64,000 bases of DNA, from the NCBI GenBank assembly GCA_945860865.1, contig CAMARW010000003.1, positions 59,177-123,176 on the forward strand. Direction: 5' to 3'. Below are positions 40,754 through 50,561 of the stretch, piece after piece. This stretch comes from Chitinophaga pinensis. GTDB taxonomy: Bacteria; Bacteroidota; Bacteroidia; UKL13-3. The notes below the pieces were generated by a model, which was not told where the DNA came from, made no database searches, and was given only the letters and a program-made list of their open reading frames with translations. Both the position numbers and the translations under genes were made by a program. Position 1 is the stretch's first letter. Each line of letters opens with the position of its first letter.

Positions 40754-42115
40754 ATGTGGAGTAAAAACATCTTAGAAACCATTGGTAATACGCCTTTGGT
40801 TCAAATCAATAAAATTACAAAGGATTTACCTTGTACAGTTTTAGCTAAAATTGAAACAACCAATCCGGGTAATTCTATTAAAGATAGAATGGCTGTTAAA
40901 ATGATTGAGGATGCAGAAAAAGCAGGCTTTCTTAAACCAGGTTACACCATAATTGAGGGAACAAGCGGAAATACAGGAATGGGATTAGCCATTGCCGCTG
41001 TGCTAAAGGGTTATAAATGTATTTTTACCACTACAGATAAACAAAGTAAGGAGAAATTTGATGCACTCAAAGCTTTTGGTGCAGAAGTTATTGTTTGTCC
41101 TACAGATGTAGAACCAGAAGACCCGCGCTCATATTACTCTGTTTCGAGTAGGTTAATTAACGAAATTCCCAATTCATGGAAGCCAAATCAATATGATAAT
41201 TTGTCTAATTCTGCTGCCCATTATGAAGGAACTGGACCAGAAATTTGGGATCAAACCGAAGGCAAAATTACTCACTTGATTGTTGGAGTAGGCACAGGTG
41301 GAACCATTAGCGGAACGGGTAGATATTTAAAGGAGAAAAACCCCAACATAAAGGTTTTGGGCATAGATACCTACGGTTCTGTATTTAAGAAATATAAAGA
41401 AACAGGCATCTTCGATAAAAATGAGATTTACCCTTATATAACCGAGGGTATTGGTGAAGATTTTTTGCCTGCCAACGTAGATTTCTCTGTTATTGATCAT
41501 TTTGAGAAGGTAACCGATAAAGACGCAGCCATCATGACGCGCCGCATACCGCGCGAAGAGGGAATTTTTTCAGGTAACTCTGCCGGTTCGGCCATGGCAG
41601 GTTTAATGCAGATGAAACATATGTTTAAAAAGGACGATGTTGTGGTGGTTATTTTTCACGACCACGGCACACGTTATTTGGGCAAAATGTTTAATGAAGA
41701 TTGGATGCGCGATAGGGGTTTCTTGCGTAACGACCATACCAAAGCCATTCATTTAATTGAAAGTCATAAACACCTTAAACTCGTTACCGCTAACGAGAAT
41801 ACAACGGTAGAGTCGGCATTAAAAATAATGCGTAAATTCTTTGTGTCGCAGTTGCCAGTAACCAATGATAGCGGCGTTTATACCGGCTCTTTAAATGATA
41901 CTATTTTGTTTAACTTGTTGTTAGAAAACAATGAAATTAAAGCTAAAACAGTTAAAGAAGTAATGAGTGCGCCGTTCCCTTTTATAGCGCCAGATGCTTC
42001 TATGGAGGATGTAAGCAGAATGATTACCAAAGAAAACGCCGCCGTATTAGTTAAAGACCTTATGGGTGACGTTCACATCATTACCCGCCAAGATATCATT
42101 GAAGCTATTTCTTAA
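40754..42115 (+). CDS. cystathionine beta-synthase-like PLP enzyme (CysK-fold catalytic domain plus C-terminal CBS-domain pair)
   Basis: Start at the internal Met 40754 (MWSKNILETIGNTPLVQINKI); the track's N-terminal extension is hydrophobic junk that overlaps the flippase start. It has the PLP-Lys region NPGNSIKDR and a glycine loop GTGGTISG, with a C-terminal CBS pair. Confidence 0.85.
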   Translation: MWSKNILETIGNTPLVQINKITKDLPCTVLAKIETTNPGNSIKDRMAVKMIEDAEKAGFLKPGYTIIEGTSGNTGMGLAIAAVLKGYKCIFTTTDKQSKEKFDALKAFGAEVIVCPTDVEPEDPRSYYSVSSRLINEIPNSWKPNQYDNLSNSAAHYEGTGPEIWDQTEGKITHLIVGVGTGGTISGTGRYLKEKNPNIKVLGIDTYGSVFKKYKETGIFDKNEIYPYITEGIGEDFLPANVDFSVIDHFEKVTDKDAAIMTRRIPREEGIFSGNSAGSAMAGLMQMKHMFKKDDVVVVIFHDHGTRYLGKMFNEDWMRDRGFLRNDHTKAIHLIESHKHLKLVTANENTTVESALKIMRKFFVSQLPVTNDSGVYTGSLNDTILFNLLLENNEIKAKTVKEVMSAPFPFIAPDASMEDVSRMITKENAAVLVKDLMGDVHIITRQDIIEAIS

Positions 42116-42186
42116 TTACGAATTACGAATTAGGAATTACGAATGAAGGCAAAAATTTCTAATTCATAATTCGTAATTCGTAATTA
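42113..42186. repeat. palindromic heptamer-repeat element, copy 2: a 20-bp perfect stem (TAATTACGAATTACGAATTA / TAATTCGTAATTCGTAATTA) with a 4/5 extension
   Basis: Left arm is 42113-42144 and right arm 42162-42186, with a loop of about 24 nt. The left arm begins with the TAA stop of the CBS gene. The right arm encodes the last 7 codons (ITNYEL plus the TGA stop) of the convergent pepT. Confidence 0.85.
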
Positions 42187-43402
42187 AAATATTAACGCAT
42201 ACCTCAACAGCTTTCTGCATGTCTTGCACGCTCACGTATTCTTGCTTGCTGTGAATACCCATTTCGCCGGTAAATATATTCGGACAAGGTAACCCCATAA
42301 ACGAAAGCCTAGAACCATCAGTTCCACCGCGTATGTTTCTAATTTCTGTTGCTAAGCCACTTCTTTCGTAGGCTGTTTGGGCAATTTGCATCACGTGTGG
42401 GTTGAGGTCTAAAATTTCGCGCATGTTGCGGTATTGTTCTTGCACAGATAGGGTAAAACTTGCTCCCGGGAATTTTTCTATAGCGGTCTGAGCCAAAGCA
42501 TCGAGTTGAGCCTCGTATTCAGCTAACTTACTTGTTTCAAAATCGCGCACAATAAATTGCACCTTGGCTTCTTCCAACTCGCCCGAAATATGCACCGGGT
42601 GCACAAAGCCTTCATAGCCTTCTGTTTGTTCCGGACACCATTTATCTGATGGTAACAAGTTTAAAAAATAGGCCAATACTTTTTGGGCATTTACCATTTT
42701 GTTTTTGGCATAACCTGGATGGGCACTAATGCCTTTAAAAACAATGGTGCAGCCATCTGCCGAAAACGATTCGCCTTCTAAATGTCCGCGCTCGCCACCA
42801 TCTAGCGTATAGCCAAAATCGGCACCCAATTTTTCCATATCAACCTTGGCAACACCTCTGCCAATTTCCTCATCGGGGGTAAATAAAATGCGCACTTTGC
42901 CATGTTCAATCTGCGGATTATCCATTAAGAATTTGGCCAAATCCATGATAATAGCTACGCCTGCTTTATCATCTGCGCCCAATAAAGTTTTGCCCGAAGC
43001 TGTGATAATATCATCGCCAATTCTTTCTAATAAATAAGGGTGGTTTTTATTGCTTATAACAATGCTTGTATCATCTGGTAAAACTATATCAGAACCATCC
43101 CACTTTTGGTGTAAAATAGGCTTCACATCCGTGCCACTGCAATCGGGTGCGGTATCTACATGTGAGCAAAAACAAATAGTTGGAACAGGCTTATCCGTAT
43201 TAGCTGAAATAGTAGCATACACATAGCCATGCTCATCCAATTCTGCATCAGCAACACCCATTGCTAATAATTCCTGAACCAAAAGCTTACTCAAATCCTT
43301 TTGATTCATCGAAGATGGCTGTGTATCCGAATTGGGATCTGCCGTAGTATCAATCTGCACATAGCGCATAAAACGCTCCGCAATGGAGTAATTTTCTTTC
43401 AT
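42164..43402 (-). CDS. pepT: peptidase T (tripeptide aminopeptidase, M20B family)
   Basis: 412 aa. N-terminal IAERFMRYVQIDT, the M20 metal-binding motifs HVDT and GADDKAG, and EEIG. Confidence 0.9.
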   Translation of the reverse strand: MKENYSIAERFMRYVQIDTTADPNSDTQPSSMNQKDLSKLLVQELLAMGVADAELDEHGYVYATISANTDKPVPTICFCSHVDTAPDCSGTDVKPILHQKWDGSDIVLPDDTSIVISNKNHPYLLERIGDDIITASGKTLLGADDKAGVAIIMDLAKFLMDNPQIEHGKVRILFTPDEEIGRGVAKVDMEKLGADFGYTLDGGERGHLEGESFSADGCTIVFKGISAHPGYAKNKMVNAQKVLAYFLNLLPSDKWCPEQTEGYEGFVHPVHISGELEEAKVQFIVRDFETSKLAEYEAQLDALAQTAIEKFPGASFTLSVQEQYRNMREILDLNPHVMQIAQTAYERSGLATEIRNIRGGTDGSRLSFMGLPCPNIFTGEMGIHSKQEYVSVQDMQKAVEVCVNILITNYEL

Positions 43403-43417
43403 TGTATATTTTTTTAA

Positions 43418-43560
43418 AATAATTACGAATTACGAATTAAAAATTACGAATTAAAAATACGAAACTTTCATTATTGTTAATTTTTAATTTTCAACCCGTA
43501 ATTCGTATTTCGTAATTTTTAATTTTCAAGTCGTAATTCGTAATTCGTAATTTTTAATTA
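43418..43560. repeat. palindromic heptamer-repeat element, copy 3: a composite of inverted GAATTAC-unit arrays in the pepT promoter region
   Basis: Left array is 43418-43465 (AATAATTACGAATTACGAATTAAAAATTACGAATTAAAAATACGAAA). Right array is 43494-43560 (CCCGTAATTCGTATTTCGTAATTTTTAATTTTCAAGTCGTAATTCGTAATTCGTAATTTTTAATTA). The units are identical to copies 1 and 2, with an imperfect overall dyad. The right end contains the ybjQ-family gene stop codon (43558-43560). Confidence 0.7.
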
Positions 43561-43893
43561 AAACTTCACCGCTGTTCCAGAAGCAGAAACCATAAGCATG
43601 CTGCCTCTTTGTCCTAGGGTTTCGTAATCTAAATCGATACCTACAATGGCATCGGCACCCATTCTGCGGGCTTCGGTAATCATTTCTTCTAGGGCTTTTT
43701 CTTTGGCTTCTCTTAATACGCGTTCGTATGATTCTGCTCTACCACCAAAGAAATCTCTGAAACTGGCAAAAATATCTTTTACAAAATTAGCACCTATAAT
43801 TACTTCGCCGGTAACAATGCCTTGGTATTGGGTGATGGTTCTGCCCTCGATGCTGTGTGTGGTAGTGGTTAGCATAATTTTTTGTTTTTTCAA
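43558..43893 (-). CDS. YbjQ/UPF0145 (DUF74) family protein
   Basis: 111 aa. Highly conserved UPF0145 sequence ([65 protein letters not shown]). Confidence 0.85.
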   Translation of the reverse strand: MKKQKIMLTTTTHSIEGRTITQYQGIVTGEVIIGANFVKDIFASFRDFFGGRAESYERVLREAKEKALEEMITEARRMGADAIVGIDLDYETLGQRGSMLMVSASGTAVKF

Positions 43894-44067
43894 ATGTATT
43901 TATTTATTGTCAATTTTGCGCAAAATCCTTAGAGATCAAATTGCTATTAAATTATCGTTAGTTATAAATTTTAAAAAACTAATATTTACTAATAAGTGTG
44001 TTAAATTTCAGTTACTTAATTAAAATTATTGAAAAAAAACCTCAATATTGAATAAAAATTTAATTGT

Positions 44068-44820
44068 ATGAAAAAAATAATTTTACTATTTATTCTATTT
44101 TCTGTTGTTACTTTTACCATGGCTCAGCGGAAGCCTGAACCAAAACCAGCTCCAGCAGCCATGGTAAAAAAACCTGCGGGACCATCTCCTTATGTCTTAA
44201 AAAAAGACTACGATTCTTTGAGTACTAATTTGCGAAATCAAATTAAATCTTTGCAAGGCTCACTTGGTTCAATACGGGGAACAATTGGTAATAAAGATGA
44301 AGAGATTGAAGCCCTAGTACTTCAAATGCAACAAGTTGAAGAGGTGTTAAATTCAACCAATTTTAAAATTGCCTTAACATCCGATTCTTTAAACAAAACT
44401 AGAACCTCTATTGAAGAGGTTCAAAAAGAATCTAATGAGGGTATGTTAGCTTTAAACGAGCAGGTAAAAGGCTTAAAATCGCAACTTATGCTGCTTTGGG
44501 TTTTAGCAATAGCTGGCTTAGGCTTGGCTGCTTTTTCTTGGATTAATAGTAGAAAGCAAATAAAATCATTGGGGGATTTGCAACAGGTTAAATTTGCTGC
44601 CATAGAGCGTAACTTAATAGATAGCAAAACGGGTATGGAAGAACAAATTAAAAACTTTGAAACCAAACTGGCTGCGGAAAGCAGAAATGCGCAGCATTAT
44701 ACCGAAAGGCAAAGTGCGGTTTTACAAGAAAATTTGCAAAATATGAATGATTTTGTAAATGGCTTAAAAGATGATTTGTTGGCGCTTTCAAACTCTGTTG
44801 AATCCATTCATAAGAAGTAA
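44068..44820 (+). CDS. hypothetical coiled-coil membrane protein (signal peptide, coiled coil, one internal TM helix, coiled coil)
   Basis: 250 aa. Cleavable-looking N-terminus (MKKIILLFILFSVVTFTMAQ). Heptad-like Gln/Glu/Leu-rich segments flank a hydrophobic helix (LMLLWVLAIAGLGLAAFSWI). I recognise no family. Confidence 0.5.
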   Translation: MKKIILLFILFSVVTFTMAQRKPEPKPAPAAMVKKPAGPSPYVLKKDYDSLSTNLRNQIKSLQGSLGSIRGTIGNKDEEIEALVLQMQQVEEVLNSTNFKIALTSDSLNKTRTSIEEVQKESNEGMLALNEQVKGLKSQLMLLWVLAIAGLGLAAFSWINSRKQIKSLGDLQQVKFAAIERNLIDSKTGMEEQIKNFETKLAAESRNAQHYTERQSAVLQENLQNMNDFVNGLKDDLLALSNSVESIHKK

Positions 44821-45101
44821 TTTATTAAATTGCTTCTTATTCAATTGGTTTATCAGAAAAATTCCTTTAAGATTCTCATTTATCAATCTAAAGATTAAAT
44901 TCTTTAGCTCTTTTTTCCGAAAAGGATATTAAATCTTCTTCTGGTTTCAAACATTGCAAATTGTGTTGAAGTGTTTTCGCAGAATGTATTGTGCAGGAAG
45001 AGGTATATTACAATATCCCTTAGTTTGAGTTATTTCAAATTGGAAACATAACTCAAATCCTAAAAGTTAGCATTGAACATAAAATTATGTATTTTCGGAC
45101 C

Positions 45102-45755
45102 ATGATAAAGGCTTCTAATCTTTATAAATCTTACGGCGATTTGCCTATTTTAAAAGGAATAAACCTGCATATTTTGCAGGGCGAAATTGTTTCTATTGTG
45201 GGTGCCTCTGGAGCAGGTAAATCTACTTTGCTGCAAATTCTAGGAAGTTTAGATAAAGCAGATAGCGGCGAGTTAATGATACATAACCAAGATTTATCTG
45301 GTTTAAAAGGAAGCAAATTGGCCGAATTTAGAAATAAAGAAATAGGCTTTGTGTTTCAATTTCATCAACTTCTGCCAGAATTTACTGCCCTTGAAAATGT
45401 TTGTATACCTGCCTGGATTGGTGGTGTATCAAAATCAGATGCAGAAAAGAAAGCCAAAGATTTGTTGCATTACTTGGGCATGGCCAACAGAGAAAACCAT
45501 AAGCCTAGTGCCCTCAGCGGAGGAGAACAACAAAGGGTAGCCGTTGCCCGCGCCCTTATTAATAAACCAGCTGTAATTTTAGCAGATGAACCTAGCGGTA
45601 ACCTTGATTCTAAATCTGCCGAAGATTTACACCAATTGTTTTTTAGATTACGTTCAGATTTGGGTCAAACCTTTGTAATTGTTACCCATAACCAAAGTTT
45701 GGCTGCTCAGAGCGATAGGCAATTACTTATGAAGGATGGGATTATTATAAATTAA
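45102..45755 (+). CDS. ABC transporter ATP-binding protein (LolD/MacB-type ATPase)
   Basis: Start at the internal Met 45102 ([13 protein letters not shown]). Walker [13 protein letters not shown] signature [15 protein letters not shown], Walker [12 protein letters not shown]. There is no adjacent permease gene. Confidence 0.85.
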   Translation: MIKASNLYKSYGDLPILKGINLHILQGEIVSIVGASGAGKSTLLQILGSLDKADSGELMIHNQDLSGLKGSKLAEFRNKEIGFVFQFHQLLPEFTALENVCIPAWIGGVSKSDAEKKAKDLLHYLGMANRENHKPSALSGGEQQRVAVARALINKPAVILADEPSGNLDSKSAEDLHQLFFRLRSDLGQTFVIVTHNQSLAAQSDRQLLMKDGIIIN

Positions 45756-45758
45756 ACC

Positions 45759-47672
45759 TTGAGCATTCACCAAGTTTTAGAAAATTACTGGGGATATAGC
45801 ACGTTTAGGCCCTTGCAAGAAGACATCGTTTTGTCTGTTATACAAGGCAAAGATACCTTAGCTTTATTACCCACAGGTGGCGGAAAATCAATTTGTTTCC
45901 AAGTACCAGGTATGTACCTAGATGGATTGTGTTTAGTGGTGTCTCCGCTTATTGCCCTAATGAAAGACCAGGTTGCAAACCTGCAAAGCAAAGGCATTGC
46001 CGCCCAAGCTATTTATGCCGGTTTGAGCCAACCCGAAATACAACTCATTCTCAATAATTGTGTGCATGGTGGTGTGAAGTTTTTATACCTCTCGCCAGAA
46101 AGATTAGGTTCAGACCTATTAAGAAGCCAATTGTTGCAAATGAAAATTTGCCTCTTAGCCATTGATGAAGCCCATTGTATTAGTCAGTGGGGGTACGATT
46201 TTAGACCAGAATACCGCCAAATAAAAGAAATACGTGAGTTGTTTCCTAAAGTGTCTGTATTGGCGCTTACGGCCTCTGCCACAGCCAGCGTGGTAGAGGA
46301 TATACAAGAGCAACTCGGATTTAAAACTAAGCTTGCTTTTAGAAAAAGTTTTGAAAGGCTAAACCTGCACTATATTGTAAGGCACCACGAAAATAAACTA
46401 GAAAAAATGTTGAATGCCTTTCAAATGATGAAGGGTAGCGGATTGGTTTATGTGCGCAATAGAAAATTGGCCGAGGAAATTGCTGATTATTTGGTTCAAA
46501 ACGGCCTAAACGCCTCCTTTTATCACGCCGGATTAAAACCAGAGGAGCGCCAAACCCGACAAGAAAATTGGATAAATAGCAAAACCCGCATTATGGTTTG
46601 CACCAACGCTTTTGGCATGGGCATAGATAAACCCGATTGCAGATTGGTTGTACATTATCAAATTCCAGATTGCCTAGAGGCCTATTACCAAGAGGCGGGG
46701 AGGGCAGGTAGAAATGGAAATGCAGCCTTTTGTTTGCTGCTTTACCACGCTTCTGACGCACATATTTTGAGAGCTAAATTAGCCAAGCAGTTTCCAGAAC
46801 CCGAAGTTTTATCTGCCGTTTACAATCATTTGGGTAGTTATTTTCAGGTGGCAGTTGGGCAAAGTTTGGAGCAAGATTTTGTGTTCGATTTGCAAGCATT
46901 TGCAGCACACACAAAGCTAAATATGCTGCTGGTGCATAATGCCATTAAGCTATTGTCGCAGTTAGATTTATTGCAAGTAAATGAAGGCCTTAGCCTTATT
47001 TCACGCATCAAACTAAACATGGGCGGTAATGAGTTATACCACTTTCAGAAAAGTCATGTTTTGTATGCAGATATTTTGCAAATATTGCTCAGAAATTATG
47101 GCGGAATTTTTGATTATTATGTTTCCATTGGCGAAGGAAATTTAGCCATGCAACTAAATATATCGGAAGCAGAATTAATTTTTAAATTAAATAAACTGAT
47201 GGAGTTGGGGATATTGGATTACATACCACAAAATAACCAAGCTACGTTGCGGTTTATCGGACCCAGGTTATCCGAAAAATATTTACCAGTAAACGCTCCT
47301 TACCTTAAGTTTAGGAAAAAAATGGAAGAAGATAAACTGGAAGCCATGATTAACTATGCTGCAAATGATAAGCTTTGTAGAAGTAGGGTTTTATTAAAAT
47401 ATTTTGACGAATTAGATACCTACGATTGCGGCGTTTGCGATATTTGTAAAGAGAAAATGGGTAAGTTTTGGACAGAAGAAAAACTTCAACAATTAAGCGA
47501 ACAACTAAGAAATATTGATTGGACAAAAGGCTATACCATTAAAGAATTATCGCTGCTTATAAAAACATACCGCGATGCAGAATTGGCAACTGCTTGCCGT
47601 ATATTGTTGGATAAAGGTATATTGCAACTCAATTCACAGCAACAAATAGTTTGGACAAAAAAAGGCGGATAA
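45759..47672 (+). CDS. recQ: RecQ-family ATP-dependent DNA helicase
   Basis: 637 aa. TGGGKS Walker A, DEAHCISQWGYDFRPEY (DEAH plus the RecQ aromatic loop), and a zinc-binding Cys cluster near the C-terminus (CRSRVLLKYFDE...DCGVCDIC). Confidence 0.88.
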   Translation: MSIHQVLENYWGYSTFRPLQEDIVLSVIQGKDTLALLPTGGGKSICFQVPGMYLDGLCLVVSPLIALMKDQVANLQSKGIAAQAIYAGLSQPEIQLILNNCVHGGVKFLYLSPERLGSDLLRSQLLQMKICLLAIDEAHCISQWGYDFRPEYRQIKEIRELFPKVSVLALTASATASVVEDIQEQLGFKTKLAFRKSFERLNLHYIVRHHENKLEKMLNAFQMMKGSGLVYVRNRKLAEEIADYLVQNGLNASFYHAGLKPEERQTRQENWINSKTRIMVCTNAFGMGIDKPDCRLVVHYQIPDCLEAYYQEAGRAGRNGNAAFCLLLYHASDAHILRAKLAKQFPEPEVLSAVYNHLGSYFQVAVGQSLEQDFVFDLQAFAAHTKLNMLLVHNAIKLLSQLDLLQVNEGLSLISRIKLNMGGNELYHFQKSHVLYADILQILLRNYGGIFDYYVSIGEGNLAMQLNISEAELIFKLNKLMELGILDYIPQNNQATLRFIGPRLSEKYLPVNAPYLKFRKKMEEDKLEAMINYAANDKLCRSRVLLKYFDELDTYDCGVCDICKEKMGKFWTEEKLQQLSEQLRNIDWTKGYTIKELSLLIKTYRDAELATACRILLDKGILQLNSQQQIVWTKKGG

Positions 47673-48748
47673 TTATCAGTGTAAGCAATGATTTAAGCTA
47701 CGATCAGCGCATGCAAAGACACAGCAGAATATTAGTAAATGCTGGCTATGAGGTTTGTTTGGTTGGCAGAAACAAGAAGCATTCCCTTCCTTTACAAAAC
47801 GAAATTTTTGAACAGAAAAGACTCAACTGTTATTTTGAAAAAGGTAAATTATTTTATGTAGAATATAACCTAAAACTATTTTTTTACCTGCTTTTTGCGC
47901 CCTGTGACATACTGCTTGCCGTAGATTACGATACCCTTTTACCCAATACCCTAATTGCAAAAATGCGCAGCAAAAAATTGGTTTTTGATGCGCATGAATA
48001 CTTTACCGAAGTGCCCGAATTAAGCGGAAGAAAAGCAATTCAATATATATGGAATGTATTGGGAAATTGGGCTATTCCAAAAGTAGATCTGGCTTATACC
48101 GTTGGACCAAAATTGGCGGAAATTTTTACCCAACAACACCATAAAACCTTTCACAGCATTTTAAATGTACCTCCTTTAAATAACATCGCAAGTTTTGGTT
48201 CGAACCAAAGTGAAAAGCCCATTATTTTGTACCAAGGTGCTTTAAATGTGGGTAGGGGGATAGAGGCTTTGATAAAAGCAATGAAAGAAATAAATGGCGT
48301 TTTGTGGTTGGCAGGAGAGGGCGATTTAAGCGCAACTTTAAGAAACCTTGCCAAAGAAGAATCCTTGGAAGAAAAGGTAAAGTTTTTGGGTTTTGTGCAA
48401 CCTAAAGATTTGCCCGCGTTAACGCAGCAAGCTTATGTTTGCTGTAATTTATTATTGCCGCAAGGTAAAAGTTATTATTACTCTTTGGCTAATAAGTTTT
48501 TTGATTATATGCATGCCGCTAAACCCCAAATTTGTGCTAATTTCCCTGAATATACGCACATAAATAAACATCATGAAGTGGCAGTTTTGTGCCAAGCCAA
48601 TGAAAGTGAGATTGCCTTAGCCTTAAATAAATTATTAAGCGACAAAGCTTTATACGAAAAATTAAGTAATAATTGTTTAAAAGCTGCTCAAGTATATAAT
48701 TTGCAGCATGAGAAGCAAAAGCTACTCAACCTTTATGCTACTTTATAA
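47651..48748 (+). CDS. glycosyltransferase (GT-B fold, family 4-like)
   Basis: 365 aa. The C-terminal half has a GT-B nucleotide-sugar binding region. The start overlaps the recQ stop by 22 nt. Confidence 0.7.
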   Translation: MDKKRRIIISVSNDLSYDQRMQRHSRILVNAGYEVCLVGRNKKHSLPLQNEIFEQKRLNCYFEKGKLFYVEYNLKLFFYLLFAPCDILLAVDYDTLLPNTLIAKMRSKKLVFDAHEYFTEVPELSGRKAIQYIWNVLGNWAIPKVDLAYTVGPKLAEIFTQQHHKTFHSILNVPPLNNIASFGSNQSEKPIILYQGALNVGRGIEALIKAMKEINGVLWLAGEGDLSATLRNLAKEESLEEKVKFLGFVQPKDLPALTQQAYVCCNLLLPQGKSYYYSLANKFFDYMHAAKPQICANFPEYTHINKHHEVAVLCQANESEIALALNKLLSDKALYEKLSNNCLKAAQVYNLQHEKQKLLNLYATL

Positions 48749-49864
48749 GTGAATAAAACGCTCCATATTATTTCATTTGATATACCATTTCCGGCCAATT
48801 ATGGTGGGGTAATAGATGTGTTTTATAGGATTAAAGCGCTGCATGCTTGTGGGGTTCAGATTATACTACATTGTTTTATGTATGGTGAAAGAACCATTCA
48901 ACCAGAGCTAGAAAAATACTGCAATAAAGTTTATTATTACCCAAGAAAAAAATGGGTATTTCAGCCCTTTTTACCTTATATTGTTAGCAGCAGAGCGGAT
49001 AAAAATTTGTTAAATAATTTGCTTCAAGATAATGCTCCCATTTTGTTTGAGGCTGTTCATAGCACTTATTTAATGAAACATCCTGCCCTTAAAAACAGGC
49101 AAAAATTGTTGCGTATGCATAATATTGAACACGATTATTATGCTTTGTTGGCTGCATCAGAAAGCAATATTCTTTTAAAACTTTATTATGCCTTAGAAGC
49201 TAAATTGCTAAAAAACTACGAAAGTAATTTGCAGGATGCGCAGTTTATATTGGCTATTTCGCCCAAAGACCAAAAAGATTTAGCAATTAATTTTGGAGAG
49301 AAAGTGGTTTTAATTCCCGCTTTTCATGGAAATGAAAGCATTGAAATAGTTTTGGGTAGAGGCAATTTTTGTTTTTATCATGGCAAATTAAGTGTGGCAG
49401 AGAACAATTTAGCCGCTTTGTATTTAGTGCGTGAGGTTTTTTCAAATAACACAGAAAAGCTAATTATTGCAGGAAACGGAGCCTCTCCAGAACTTAAAAA
49501 AGCAATTGCCAAATACAATCACATCGAACTTAAAGAAAATTTAAGTCCAGCAGAAATTACATTATTTATACAACAAGCACATATAAATATATTACCAACA
49601 TTTCAGGCAACGGGTATTAAGCTCAAGCTTATTAATGTTTTGTTTAACGGCAGGTTTGTATTGGTAAACTCTCCTATGGTTTTAACAACTGGTTTAGAAT
49701 CTGCCGCAGTAATTGCCAATACCCCAGAGGAGATGAACAATCAAATTAGAAGGTTGAACCAAATGGAATTTTCTGCAGCACAATTGAAGCTAAGAAGCGA
49801 AATCTTGCAGGATAAATTTGACAATAAATGCAGTGCTCAGAAAATTATTGAGCTCCTTTATTAA
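48749..49864 (+). CDS. glycosyltransferase family 1 (GT-B)
   Basis: 371 aa. Its start directly abuts the previous GT stop, so they are translationally coupled. N-terminal FPANYGGV motif and a C-terminal GT1-like region. Confidence 0.65.
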   Translation: MNKTLHIISFDIPFPANYGGVIDVFYRIKALHACGVQIILHCFMYGERTIQPELEKYCNKVYYYPRKKWVFQPFLPYIVSSRADKNLLNNLLQDNAPILFEAVHSTYLMKHPALKNRQKLLRMHNIEHDYYALLAASESNILLKLYYALEAKLLKNYESNLQDAQFILAISPKDQKDLAINFGEKVVLIPAFHGNESIEIVLGRGNFCFYHGKLSVAENNLAALYLVREVFSNNTEKLIIAGNGASPELKKAIAKYNHIELKENLSPAEITLFIQQAHINILPTFQATGIKLKLINVLFNGRFVLVNSPMVLTTGLESAAVIANTPEEMNNQIRRLNQMEFSAAQLKLRSEILQDKFDNKCSAQKIIELLY

Positions 49865-50561
49865 ATTCGTTTAGCAACTTATGATTAAGCACTTTTCCGC
49901 CCTCACAGCGCATAATACCTGCCGGAAATTTTTCTAAAATACGGTAATCATGCGTGGCCATTAAAATAGCAGTACCCGTAAGGCTAATATGGTGCAATAA
50001 AGTAAGCAGTTCATCGCTGGTTTGTGGGTCTAAATTACCCGTTGGCTCATCGGCTAAAATAATCTCAGGCTTGTTAAGCAACGCCCTCGCAATTGCTACC
50101 CTCTGCTGCTCGCCGCCACTCAACTCAAAAGGCATTTTATGGGATTTTGTGCCTAAGTTAACCATTTCTAAAACCTCTTTAATACGGTGGTCAATTTCTG
50201 CTTTGTTTTTCCAATTGGTGGCACGTAATACGAAATTAAGATTTTCATAAACATCCCTATCAAACAAAAGCTGAAAATCTTGAAAAACTACGCCTAGTTT
50301 TCTTCTGAGTAATGGGATTTGTGATTTTTTAAATTTAACCAAATCAAAGCCCGCAATGGATGCTTTTCCCTTTTCAACATTCAATTCGCCGTATAAAATT
50401 TTAAGCAAAGAAGATTTGCCACTTCCGGTTGAACCAATTAAATAAACAAACTCCCCAGGATGTATATTAAAGTTTACATCCGATAAAATAAGATTGTCTT
50501 GTTGAAAAATACTCACTCCCTCGAGCGAAATAATAGCTTGTTGATTAGTCATTAAATTCAA
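49845..50561 (-). CDS. ftsE: cell-division ABC transporter ATP-binding protein FtsE
   Basis: 238 aa. Walker A GSTGSGKSS, ABC signature [15 protein letters not shown], Walker B ILADEPTGNLD. The short length and overall similarity are typical of FtsE. No adjacent ftsX. Confidence 0.8.
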   Translation of the reverse strand: MNLMTNQQAIISLEGVSIFQQDNLILSDVNFNIHPGEFVYLIGSTGSGKSSLLKILYGELNVEKGKASIAGFDLVKFKKSQIPLLRRKLGVVFQDFQLLFDRDVYENLNFVLRATNWKNKAEIDHRIKEVLEMVNLGTKSHKMPFELSGGEQQRVAIARALLNKPEIILADEPTGNLDPQTSDELLTLLHHISLTGTAILMATHDYRILEKFPAGIMRCEGGKVLNHKLLNEFNKGAQ

